The position numbers and the translations under genes are program-made. From contig CBDCJO010000002.1 of assembly GCA_965217865.1 (NCBI GenBank), positions 2,272,001-2,336,000 of the forward strand: a DNA stretch of 64,000 bases, written 5' to 3'. Numbering within the stretch: position 1 is the stretch's first letter; each line of letters starts with the position of its first letter. Source of the stretch: Candidatus Latescibacterota bacterium. Its GTDB lineage: Bacteria; Latescibacterota; UBA2968; SICM01. Below the pieces are notes generated by a model. The model did not search any database, was not told where the DNA came from, and saw nothing but the letters and a program-made list of their open reading frames with translations. Of this stretch, positions 21,701 to 32,312 are shown one piece after another.

Positions 21701-22075
21701 TTAGATCAGGTAGGCGGAATGAAGCCGGAAGAGTTTGGGAGGATCTTGCAGTGAATGGAGTGCATTCAAGTGGATGGAAGCAGTCCAGTTCGGATGAAGG
21801 ATCGCACCAGGAAAGGTGTGATTGTTGAGTTGGAGGTGCACCCGGGCAGGAGCATCCACCCGAGCAGAGGAGGGTGGAAGGCTGGATGTTGACGGCGGCA
21901 TGGATCGGATTTCGCAGCACGGCATAGGGTTCGCCGTCCGGTCGCATCCCGAGGTGGCGGCTTGCGTTCCACAACCTGTGCACTCATCCATGGCCGGAAC
22001 GGCATAAACCTCGAAGATCCCGACGGTTGCAGCGCAAATCACGAGGACGACAATGAAAGTGAGGGTTAAACGCAC
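21701..22075 (-). CDS. Cys/His-rich exported leader protein upstream of the copper operon
   Basis: N-terminal hydrophobic helix, CTGC/CC motifs, several His, DPPKLFRLHSAYLI end. GTG start after AAGGA. Confidence 0.55.
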   Translation of the reverse strand: MRLTLTFIVVLVICAATVGIFEVYAVPAMDECTGCGTQAATSGCDRTANPMPCCEIRSMPPSTSSLPPSSARVDAPARVHLQLNNHTFPGAILHPNWTASIHLNALHSLQDPPKLFRLHSAYLI

Positions 22076-22227
22076 GATGTAGATCCTTAAAAGTTAGCGG
22101 TCCATATTGTCGATCGGTTATCCGGTCGAACCCGCGTAGCTTTGACGATTGAGTTCGTTATGAGTTCCAAGCCTTGAGTTATTTCGGCTGTATAAATAGA
22201 GTAGGCAATTTTTGGACCATAGTCAAG

Positions 22228-23154
22228 TCATAGACTTGGGAGAAACGACTTCTGTTGGAATCTGCCAGGTTTTAATGGGTTGAGATGGACAAGCAACCTG
22301 TTGAAAAGAAGGATGGGGTATCTCAATCGTACGCTATCTGTGACAGCCGCTGCTGATTGCTCATTATCCTCATAAAAATTTGCTAAATGCGCCGCACCCA
22401 AACCCAGCCCTATACCAAAGTCTCCTCCGACTCCTATTACCTCTGCTGTTCCCGCGCTCATATTCGATCTGCTGGCAATAACAAAACCAGAAATAGCTTC
22501 GGGGATGCTTACAAGCATTCCTGCGCCAATAATCGATTTATCAGATGGTCTTTTACTAAATAAGTAAGCCAAAGTTATTCCATGCACAATGCCACGTGTT
22601 CCTCCATAGAAAGACAAGTTTGATGCTGCATTCGTTACAGGGATATTTTTGGTTGCGGAAAATGGGAGGAAAAATCCAGCACTACTGGTAAGCATGTAAA
22701 GTCCTACAGCTAACTTGCCATCACCATCAAAATCAAGGGCCACTGGAAGCGCCCATCCATAATACCCCAGAGAAAGGGCCATGTTACCAATAATTAGCTT
22801 AGTGCGTCCGCTTTGATCGAGGGCAGCTTGTGGTGCTTGCTGTTTAATTCGTGCTGTCACTTTTTGTTGAAAACTAGAAACTTCTTCCAGGGAAAACTGC
22901 AACCGTTTTTTGAATAACTTTTCTTGTGGGCGATAATAGATCTCAAGCACGAAGAGGGAATTGGAAATCTGGAATAATCGAGCTTCTCTAAAATTTACGT
23001 ACTCGGTAAATAGATTTAGTTTTTGCTCAAGTTTTGAATCAATGTATTCAATTTTGCCCTCCTCGTCTATCGGAATTTGAATCTCTTGTGCATTGGCCAG
23101 TTCTAAATAAAGATTGAATAAAAACACGAAGATAATAAAAAGGATATTCTTCAT
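22228..23154 (-). CDS. AT-rich hypothetical exported/membrane protein, possibly 3'-truncated
   Basis: Signal peptide MKNILFIIF..ANAQ, Gly-rich hydrophobic helices, visibly lower GC than its flanks. The last ~35 aa look unrelated to the rest. Confidence 0.65.
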   Translation of the reverse strand: MKNILFIIFVFLFNLYLELANAQEIQIPIDEEGKIEYIDSKLEQKLNLFTEYVNFREARLFQISNSLFVLEIYYRPQEKLFKKRLQFSLEEVSSFQQKVTARIKQQAPQAALDQSGRTKLIIGNMALSLGYYGWALPVALDFDGDGKLAVGLYMLTSSAGFFLPFSATKNIPVTNAASNLSFYGGTRGIVHGITLAYLFSKRPSDKSIIGAGMLVSIPEAISGFVIASRSNMSAGTAEVIGVGGDFGIGLGLGAAHLANFYEDNEQSAAAVTDSVRLRYPILLFNRLLVHLNPLKPGRFQQKSFLPSL

Positions 23155-23261
23155 CAGTTTTGCCTCATGTGAGCGAACTATAGAGGTCAATATATGCTCA
23201 TAGAACCTAACTATTAATTATACAGACCTGTATAGCAACTGCAAACACTGCCAGATCGGTC

Positions 23262-24119
23262 TGTTACTGCTGGTACTGGCTGGCTGACGGATGTCACAAG
23301 GCCGGAATTCCATTCTACCTGGGACACGCCCTGTATATGAAGGCGATCCACGGGGGCAAAAAGAAGAACGACCGTCTCGATTCCAGAATGCTGGCAGAGC
23401 TGATGCGCTGCAACCTGTTCCCGATGGCCTATGCCTATCCGCAAGAGATGCGGGCAACCCGGGACCTGCTCCGGCGAAGGCACCGGTTTGTGGCCTTACG
23501 GGCTGAGTGCTACACCCACATCCAGAACACCTTCTCTCAGCAGGCTATCCTGGATCCTCTCAGCGACCAGGTCAAAAAGAAGACCAGCAGGAGAAAGCTG
23601 TGCGAACGTCTGGCCGACCCAGATCTGGGTATGTCTGTGGGCTGCGATCTGGACCTGGTTGACTCCCTGGACAAAATGATCTACAAAGTCGAGAAGCAAG
23701 TCCTTGCACAGGCCAAACATCACGATCGCAATGCCCTGTCTATCCTGATGACGGTTCCCGGACTTGGGGAGATGCTGGCCATGACCATCCTGTATGAAAT
23801 CCACACGGTTGAACGGTTCAAATCCGCTTCAGCCTTCTCCTCCTACAGCCGGCTGATCAAAGTCGAGAGAGAGTCCGCTGGGAAGAAGACAAAGGACGGG
23901 AATAACAAAATCGGAAACCCACACCTAAAGTGGGCCTTCTCGGAAATCATCCTCGTGGCTCAGCGATGGTCAGAACCGATCAATAGAAACTACGAGAAAC
24001 TCAAGAGCAAACACGGTCCGGGAAAAGCCAAGAGCGTCATCGCTCATAAATTCGGCGTGGCCGCCTACCAAATGCTCAAAAGTGGCCAGGCATTCGACGA
24101 GAAACGGTTTGTAGCATAA
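23262..24119 (+). pseudogene. IS110 family transposase lacking its N-terminus
   Basis: In-frame CWYWLADG..LGHALYMKAIHGGKKKNDRLDS, TVPGLG, ESAGK, GNPHLKWAF. The first RuvC acidic motifs are missing and no start codon lies upstream (in-frame TAA at 23208). Confidence 0.88.
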
Positions 24120-24120
24120 T

Positions 24121-24560
24121 GGGTGGGGCGGTTAACCCGGCAGCTAACTGGCAGGGCAACGTCCGGACAATAGCCCAGCTTTCCCGCTGTGATTGGGAAG
24201 CCGCCTTCACCCCTTATATAGAACATAGATGAGCGGATCTGAGACAGTCAGTCCGTCTGCCCCCGCGATGAACCCGAACCTAACTGGCGTTCCCCCTCAC
24301 AAAAAGGGGAGAACAGCCATCCTTCTTGATTGGGTCGCAAGGGGTACCGATTATTTTCTGGAGGGAGAGGAAAAGCCTCTCCCAGGGCGCTCCACAGAAT
24401 ACCGTGAGAGACGCTTGATTTCCAATACGTGTTTGGTGCAGATGGCTCACATCTAGCCCGGTATGTGAAAATCGAGCCAGACTGGCGACTGACAAAGATC
24501 CGAACATCGCTAAACCTCTTCGGATCGGCTCATTGCAAGTCCCGACCGTTAGGGTCGCAA
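24121..24560 (+). ncRNA. candidate IS110 bridge/seek RNA
   Basis: Two repeated stem/internal-loop/stem modules AACCCG-N3-4-CTAACTGGC...GCC...TGATTGGG plus further hairpins downstream of the transposase. Confidence 0.5.
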
Positions 24561-24622
24561 AAAAACGGTGAAAATCGTGATGAAGGGGTCTTTTTTTCTT
24601 GACCCGGGGCCTTTAATATGTG

Positions 24623-25172
24623 TATACTGGATCAGATCTATCCGCTCTGCAAGGCGGTCCCAGTAAGGCGGCCGGAGGTGCTTGATGACGGCGGGATGGG
24701 AAAAGTCCCAGGTTATCTTGAGCGGACGTTTCTCCGCCTTTTCGAAACCCTCGGCAAGGGCATAAGTCTTCTCCGGCGTCTCGGTGCAGGTATCCCGATG
24801 GACCTCGATGGCCACATCCATCTCCAACCGATCCCCCTCGGCCATTATTCGCCTCGCAAGGTCCACCGCCCTTTTCGTAGGGGTATCGTGATCGAGCAGC
24901 TGCACGTTAACGCACCGGGCCCCCGCTGCTTTTATCCTCCTGAGTTTTGGCACGACCTCTTTTGCCTTCGCGTGATCGGATTGGCACGCAAACAGAAGTC
25001 CTGTTTTGTCCACGATCTCCCGGGTCACCGCCGGAACCCGTCCCGTAAACCCGTCGAAACCCGCTTTTTTGATCTTCTTCAGTTTCTTCTCGATCGACCA
25101 CTCCCCCTTTTTCCCCCCATATCCCCCGAGCGTCCACAGACTTCCCATGTGATGAATCTGAGGTTTTTGCAC
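24623..25172 (-). pseudogene. sugar phosphate isomerase/epimerase (xylose isomerase-like TIM barrel), 3'-truncated by IS110
   Basis: KIKKAGFDG, AIEVHRDT, TWDFSH. The reading frame runs into the IS end after IDLIQY and stops at 24549. Confidence 0.75.
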
Positions 25173-25354
25173 CTCCGTTCCTTTCTTTTGCCATCGCTTC
25201 TCCCTTTCCCAAGTGGTTTGGTAAGGAACTCAAACTGTATTCTCAGTTCCTGATCAATTTCTTTTTGCCACATCGTGGTTTCTCTTCGTCTTTGAGACAA
25301 CTCAAAGTCAAAAATGTCTCGCTGATCCCCACGACCTTCGCCATCACCCCCAGC

Positions 25355-25458
25355 TTTTCCCGGCCTCTGACCCCTGTCCTTCGTCTCCGGTCTACCCTTA
25401 ATTTTGCATTTTCCATTTTGCATTTTTCACCTTGCATTTTCCTCCTGACCCCCGACCC
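25355..25458 (-). repeat. mosaic short-word repeat tract
   Basis: TTTTGCA/TTTTCCA runs and CTGACCC/CCGACCC words on the plus strand. Confidence 0.75.
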
Positions 25459-25627
25459 AAGATCTAACCCTGTTTTAGTTGCTTATTGCTCATTGTCGGG
25501 AGAGAACCGGCCCGGATCTGTGCGGCCAGTTCCCGCTGCTCCAACTCTGCCTATCTACTTTCTGTGCAAAGAGTTATCGGTCAGCATCCGGTGGGATTTT
25601 CATCAGCGTACGGTAGTGGTTCCGGGT

Positions 25628-25653
25628 CAATTCTGCACGCGCGTGCAGAATTG
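25628..25653. promoter_or_regulatory. perfect 26-bp palindrome
   Basis: CAATTCTGCACGC-GCGTGCAGAATTG. Related to the palindrome at 10819. Confidence 0.55.
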
Positions 25654-25714
25654 GAAAGGTCCGGTGGAATCCAAGAGATTCATACAAAATCCTCTCGCCG
25701 ATTCCTTACTTTTT

Positions 25715-25777
25715 CCGACCTCCGACCTCCGACCTCTGACCTCTGACCTCTGACCTCTGACCTCTGACCTCTGACCC
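25715..25777 (-). repeat. tandem heptamer array (CYGACCT) x9
   Basis: CCGACCT x3, CTGACCT x5, CTGACCC. Confidence 0.95.
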
Positions 25778-25885
25778 CCGTTCCTATACATAACGTCTTA
25801 AATAATTGCGCATATTTTCGGAAAGTTTCGCCTCAACCGTTCAACCTGCCACTTCGGCTAAACCTGAAGACTCAGTTAAATTAGA

Positions 25886-25938
25886 GTCTTCTTCTGACTC
25901 CTGTATTCTGTATTCCAGTGGGGATGGACTGAAGGGTC
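25886..25938 (-). repeat. ~50-bp dispersed repeat, copy 2
   Basis: Reverse complement GACCCTTCAGTCCATCCCCACTGGAATACAGAATACAGGAGTCAGAAGAAGAC. Confidence 0.75.
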
Positions 25939-26023
25939 TTTGGAGCCCGCCGGATCTCACCCTATAGCGCGAGGATGACACGCTCTGTATCGCGTATCGT
26001 AAGCTTTTTCATAACGGCACGCC

Positions 26024-26434
26024 TTAATCTGGCAGCTTTGCGCCTACCCTTTGAACCTCTTCGTATGGCTGAAGCCAGGCCGTAGATTCATCGTGCATGT
26101 CTACCACTTGGATCCGGTTCCCCCAAGGATCTCGGAAATCACACCGAAAAGGTGGAATCGTCTTCAAGCCATATTTTTGGGTTATCTTCTCACGAACTTC
26201 TGTAACTTGTGCATCGTCTCGGACAATGAGTCCGAAGTGTCTGTGATTGTCCACATGTGGCGCATCAGATTGAAATAGGGCCAAGAATTGGTGATTGCCG
26301 AGTTGGAAAAAAGCGTCTCCTTCACCTTCTTTTTTTGGTTCGAGATTGAAGACATCGGTGTAGAATTCGATCGCGTTGTCAAGATCACCGACCTCTATAA
26401 CGATGTGGTTACAGCCAAACACACGTACAGCCAT
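26024..26434 (-). CDS. VOC (glyoxalase/bleomycin resistance) family protein
   Basis: NHIVIEVGDLDNAIEFYTDVF, RHFGL, FRDPWGNRIQVV. RBS GAGG. Confidence 0.88.
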   Translation of the reverse strand: MAVRVFGCNHIVIEVGDLDNAIEFYTDVFNLEPKKEGEGDAFFQLGNHQFLALFQSDAPHVDNHRHFGLIVRDDAQVTEVREKITQKYGLKTIPPFRCDFRDPWGNRIQVVDMHDESTAWLQPYEEVQRVGAKLPD

Positions 26435-27029
26435 GGGGATTCCTCTGTTGATTGGTGGAATGGGTCGGAAGCTCAAGCGGCTCTGTGGGATGAAGACATC
26501 CGCATAGTTTACTCAGCGAGATATTCGACCCCGTACTTTCTGACCAACACATTCAATGCCTCGATCACGGACTCAAATCGCCTTTGGGTTCATCCATTTC
26601 AGCAAATTCGTTAAACGTCGAGCTTCCTTAGGGAGGCGATTCTGACACTCGGGGGGAACCTGATGACTCTCGACTCATTCGATCCTTCGCAGGCAAGAGG
26701 TGTTAAATGCAAGGCTCATTCTGTTACACCCCACTATAAACCAGGAAGATCTTGATTTTGGGGGGTCGTTGCACGGGAGAGGTTATAGATGCAGCTCCTT
26801 TTTCTCCCCGATTTGGTGCTGGTTTCCGCCCAATTGCTGAATACCGTATAGATTGGTTCGGGGCCTTGTAGCGCCTTTCCTGTTTTCCTTGACATCCGAC
26901 ATTTCCCGCGAAGCAGGTATTATCTGGGACGTAAAAATTGTTGAAGGTATGATCGTGAGGCCCCTGGGTAGGCATTCTGGGAGATTAATGCCATTTACAC
27001 AAAGAAATGTACGCTCTCAATTTTTTCCT

Positions 27030-30000
27030 TCAAGCATCGACGATGTGCTCTCGACCGGAATCCGCTTTTTGGGCGTATTCATCCCTGACCTGGTCCGACA
27101 GGGTCCGCCAGATCAAAAACTGCTTGCGAAGAAGCGTCAAAAACTGCCGGTTCGTCCGGATCCAGGCCTGCAACTCTCCGCTCATCCGATCCAACACCGT
27201 CTCGATCTCGTATATCCCATAACGACCCGTCGGCATCGCACGCAACACCGTCTCCTGGCTCACACCCATGTCGAACGGCGCAAGCCACGTCTGCATTTGG
27301 ATCGTATAAGACGGACCCTCCGGCGTCTCCTCCTCCCGGAAGCTCACACCCTCCGCGTAAAACTCCCCCAGCGAATAGCGGCTGTAAGCACGGAAATAGG
27401 TCGCCAAAAACGAAAACATACCCCGCACATCTCGACTCGAAACCGTAAACGGAAACTCGAACCGCCAGTGGTCCCCCTCCGGATCCGTCAACTCCCAACG
27501 ACGCATCACATCCGGAACCGCCATCTGTGAGGCCTTCTTCGAGGGATAAAGCGTCGAAAGCATCACCACACTCATCACCAGGCCCATCGCCATCACCGCA
27601 GACAACGACGAGTAGTTCAACGACAGCCCCTGCAACAATCCCGACTCGAAAAGAACCCGACCCACACCCTGTGCCACCAGATACCCCCCAACCGCTCCGA
27701 TCACCGCATACACGCACGACTCCGCCATAAACAACATCCCGATGTGGGACGGCGCCAAGCCCACCGCCGAGTAGACCCCGATGTCCCGAAAACGCTCATA
27801 CACGGCACCCATCATCGTGTTCAACACGATCAAGGCCGCAATCGCGATCGGAATCAGCAAGATCCCCAAACCCGAGACCGACGTCATGCCGTGAGAACTG
27901 AAGACAAACACCTCCGAAGGGCCGGACTCCTGCGGAATACTGCCGAACACCGTCAACTCCAGGCGCGATACGAAACTCTCAACCACCTTCCCAACGTCGA
28001 TGCCCTCGTCGAATCCGACCGCGACGGAACGGAGGTCACCCGTCCCTCCCCACCAGTTTCCGGTGCCCCCCATCTCCCGCATCATATGATACGGCAGGAA
28101 CAACACACGACCCGGGTTCAGGTGCTTGTAAACGTGGATCCCCACCGTCGATCCCGCAGTCCGGCCGGACTGCTGCTGTGCGGCTCGCTGAGAAGTCGCT
28201 CCCTGCTGAAGCTGCTCCGCGAGCACATCCTCCGGAACGACACCGAAATCAACCGGCGTCAACGGCGCCCCGTCAAGATCTTTCAACCCCTTCAACCGCT
28301 CCGAATCCATGATCCCCACCACCGCAAGCTCTCGACCGAACACTCGAACCGTCGACCGGCCAACATCCTCCCCCGTGAGACCAAGATCTCCTGCCATGCT
28401 GTCCGGTATCACGCACTCCGCGTTTCCCGCGAGCCAACGACCAGAAGAAAGACAACTGTCGATCCCCGTGATAAAACGCTCCTCCGGAACCATACCCACA
28501 ACAGACGCCGCCTCCACCGTCTGACCCCCCCCTGTATCTTCGTCGCCTGCGTATACCACGCCCGGGGAACGACCCGCCCGACGTCCCGAAACTCATCCGA
28601 CGTATACTCCAATACCGAGTCGTCAAGCTCCTTCCAGGCCCCATCCCGGATCATTGCGCCCGCCCGAAACGGACCCTCCGTCCATGGAATCCGCATGTGA
28701 CGAAGTACGAACTTCAACGACGTAAATGACATCACCGTGAACGTCAACAACAGGACCGTCAACAACGTCAAACTCGTCCGGAGCTTCCGACGACGCATGT
28801 TCGAAATCCCCAGCATAAACGCCACATAAAACGCACTCCCCCGCCCGATGTCCGTCCCGTGAGCCACCGCAGCATCCGTCCGCAACGCACGCATCTGTGC
28901 GCTGAATCGGGAGGAAATCACCTTCAACACGAGCGTCGCAAGTGCGAGTATCAAAAACGCGACCAGGACAAGAGCCGGATTTGCGAGAGAAAAAGCAGGA
29001 TGAACCACGCTCAGGCAAAACCACACAAAAAAGAAAAACCCGAAGAAACCCGCGATCTGCTTCCGGATGTCCGCAAACGCGAACACCAGACGCTCCGCGA
29101 AAAATGAACACGGGATCAGCATCGCCATAAAGAATACCACCCCGTGAATCACGTCGTTCTGTGTCTCCTTCACATCCGGATACGCCCGCGCCTCAGTCCC
29201 CTGGGCTGCTCGGGCGTTCTGGATAAATCCGCTCCACCGACGTTCCTTCAACGCTTCCTCCGCCTCCCTCAGATGGCCCCCCGCCTTGTCGTGAAGCGCC
29301 GTCAAACGGGTGTTCTCGATCCCGTAGGACAGAAGCTCCCGGATCCGGCCGTCGTCGACACGCCACATGTCACGCGCAGCTTTGTGCGACGTCTGTACGA
29401 ACGCTGACGGAACTTCCGTCAGGAATCCCGCCCCATCACCCCCCTCGGGGTCCGCATTGACCAGGAGAAATCGCACGCCGAACAGACCCGTCGAAAGCGT
29501 CAGCTTCACACGCTTACCCGGCTCCGTAAATACCACACCGATCGTCGGCTCCTCCTCACGATAAAAGGGGATCATCGTTTCGAAAAAATAACCGTAGTGA
29601 GCCGGGATCGAATTCCCCGCGTCCATGATCACGATGTCCGAAAGCCGCCCGAGCTGTCGGGGGTCCACCGTCTCGTAGAACGACGTCGGCACGCACCGGA
29701 ACAGCACCACAAGCGGCTTCGTAATCGCCCGGCTTATGCGCGCGGAGATCGGATAGATATCCCCACCCCGGTCCGGAGCGGACATGATGTCCCCCGACTC
29801 CGGGTCGAGCATAAAGGGATGCACCTCCATTTCGTACTCCCGGAACAGCCGGGTCACGCTGAACTCCCCGTTTTCGTCGGCGACCTCGATATAATCCCCA
29901 CGAACCCCTTTGTGGACCTTCGACTCACGGCCTGAACGGAGAACAACCACAGCCCCACCCATCTTGATGTCCGGGATGATGGCATAACGGGAAAACGCCT

Positions 30001-31538
30001 TCACCCGCCCCTCGATCGCCCATGCCGTATCGGTGAGATCAAGGTTGATGACATCGTCAAGGGCATCCTTATTGTTCAGGACCTGCTTCAGCATCCCCCC
30101 GAGGAACACGAGCTGCGTCCGGAGGTTGTCGAAATTGACCCCTTCGATCCGGTCCAGCGGGGAGTCTACACCCATGCGGGCGTCGTAGGAAGTGATCAAA
30201 GACAGCGCGGGAGTCCCGCACGCGAGCGCATACTCGCTCTCGATCGGAAGCGGACGGCCCGGGATCACCTTTGAAAAGGCCACATCGCTCTGGATGGAGG
30301 CGATCACGTTGGCGAACATGTCCTCGGGATCGCGTTCCATCTTCGTGGAAACGATCTCTGCGATCTTCGAAAGGCGTCTGCCCAGAGAGACTCCGAAGAA
30401 ATGCTTTTCCCGGGTGAATCCAGAGGCGCCCATGCGCTCCCTGGAGTCCCATACCGTAAGCCCGTCGTTGCCGCTCGACAGGTCCAGGCCCAGGAACAGC
30501 TTCGGAAACACAGGCTCGATTACGCTTTCTAAGAACGGTTCTTTCTTCCGGCTGTGACGCTGCATGTACGCATCGATCCCACGGAGGTTTTGGCAGTGAC
30601 CCGACGTCGCCAGAAACAGAACCGTCCGCGCAGGGGGATGCGCGCGAAGCATCTCCCCCAGTTCAAGCAAACCCGCGATACCGCAAGCCATCTCCGCCGC
30701 AGGCGCAAGGCTGGGCACAACCGACATCCCATCGTAATAGGCCGAGAGCATCACCTCCTGATCCCTCAGATCCGGATCCGATCCCGGAAACGTCCCCACA
30801 ACGTTGTAGCCCTCCCGGACCTCCCAGTCCATACGACCCTTCACCTCAACCTCTAAGTCTTCACCCGCAAGGCCCCTCAAACGCTCTCCCGCCTCGCGGT
30901 CCACGTAAAACCGCGGCATCGCAACCGGAACCTCGGCGAACTTGCCCTCCGCCTCGCCCGATGTCGTGCTTTCGGGCGCGATGAAAACGACCGCACCGGC
31001 CCCCGCTGTTGAAGTCCATCAAAACCACGTTCCCCGAGACATCATGTCCGTCGAAATCCGAAAACTCTCCGTCCCCCGCGTAGATCAGGCGGCCCCGGAC
31101 CCCCGGCGTCGTCGGCGTCCGAACCACGTTCGGCCAGACGCATCGGAGCGGGATCTCCTCCCCGGACTCCAAAAGCCGAAGGGACGCACCCTTGTCCACC
31201 GGCACCGTCACTTGAAACGGCTCCTGGTGAACGTCCTGCATCCCAAGCCGGAGAAACTCCGATTCCAGGAAGTCCGCCGACGCCTTGGCACCCGGATATC
31301 CCGTCACCCGCGAACCGACCGACGACAGACGGGCGACCGTGGAGCGGATCCGATCCACCGATACCTCAGGAAGAAAGACACCTCCTGTCGAGATCTCCTT
31401 GTCCTGCTTCCCCGACCCGATCGAAGACAATCCCCGGAAAAACTCGAGCAGGCCGAACATCGCGGCCACCAGGGCTGCAACAAGGACGAATGTGGAAAGG
31501 ACACGAAGAGGTGAAACAGAGGTGGTCATAGCAAACAT
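27030..31538 (-). pseudogene. large M28-peptidase-like / FtsX-like permease fusion membrane protein, split into three ORFs
   Basis: GSRVTGYPG, LSAYYDGMS, TSGHCQNLRG, FLGLDLS, GISNMRRRKLRT, NTMMGAVYERFRDIGVYSAVGLAP. Breaks near 31000 and in the C8 run at 28525-28532. Confidence 0.8.
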
Positions 31539-31710
31539 CGTTTCCTGTTTTTAAAGGCCTCAGCGAAGGTCTTTAACGAACCTAATCGAATCTTGTTTTG
31601 AGCTCTGTCGGAATGTTCTGCGCATCTGGACGAATTTGCGAATTTTTTAGGGGTGTCAAGAGTTTTGTGTAAACGGCCTTCTGCCCTAAGGAGGTTAGGC
31701 GGTTCCTCTT

Positions 31711-32016
31711 TTATGATTGGTCTTCGAGAGGTTGAAAAAGCGCTTCCTTGAGGATCTTGCCGGGCTTGAACCTCACCTTTCTCCGAGCCGGAATGTAAAT
31801 TGTCTCCCCAGTCTTGGGATTGCGGGCATTCGGCCTTGAATTCGTTTCCTTCACCTTCCATGCTCCAAATCCACGGATTTCAACCGTGTCCCCTCGAATT
31901 ATGGCCTCTCTCAACTCCTCGAAAAATGCATCCACCGCCTTTTTTGCACGGTTCTTGGGAAGGCCCAGATCATGGACAAGGCTGTTGGCCAGGTCAGCTT
32001 TCGTGCTTGTTGCCAC
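31711..32016 (-). CDS. HU/IHF family DNA-binding protein
   Basis: TKADLA, VEIRGFG, ARNPKTGE, VRFKPGKIL. GTG start after AGGAGGA. Confidence 0.93.
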   Translation of the reverse strand: MATSTKADLANSLVHDLGLPKNRAKKAVDAFFEELREAIIRGDTVEIRGFGAWKVKETNSRPNARNPKTGETIYIPARRKVRFKPGKILKEALFQPLEDQS

Positions 32017-32053
32017 TTCTCCTCCTGAATAGGGGGCGTCTAATTGAAGAGAC

Positions 32054-32312
32054 TTTTCAATCTTCAATACTCAATCTTCAATTCCCCGAACCCTTCCACG
32101 GCCTTTGCTTTTCCTGCTACTGCCACCTGCTATTGCTCTTCCCGCTCAGTTTCACGTCTCACGTTTGACGTTTGACGGCCTTTCAATCTTCAATTCCCCG
32201 ACCCCCGCCCCTGCCTTTTCTTTTCCTGCTACCGCCACCTGCCACTGCTACTGCTTTTCTGACCTCTGACCTCTGACCTCTGACCTCCGGCCCCTGCTTT
32301 TTGCATTTCCCC
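32054..32312 (-). repeat. mosaic short-word intergenic repeat tract
   Basis: TCAATCT, CTGCYA, CACGTCT/GACGTTT, CTGACCT and TTTGCAT words fill the spacer. Confidence 0.9.

Larger units (their letters stand above)
23262..24622 (+). mobile_element. 5'-truncated IS110-family element with long 3' non-coding end
   Basis: Transposase remnant plus ~500 bp of structured DNA ending TTGACCCGGGGCCTTTAATATGTG, where the neighbouring gene is cut off. Ends approximate. Confidence 0.8.

Noticed and set aside
22292-22308. GCAACCTGTTGAAAAG resembling the IS1182 left IR
   Set aside because: Short match with no partner IR or IS sequence following. Could be chance.
25715-25777. Possible CRISPR array in the tandem and mosaic repeats
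   Set aside because: Units are 6-7 nt with no unique spacers, and no cas genes are present.
26480-26615. Minus-strand gene tail (..FESVIEALNVLVRKYGVEYLAE*)
   Set aside because: No start codon or recognisable family. Too short to call.
26853-27530. 225-aa plus-strand ORF and other long antisense ORFs (e.g. 39440-40762, 55392-56465)
   Set aside because: They overlap well-supported genes on the opposite strand and have atypical composition.
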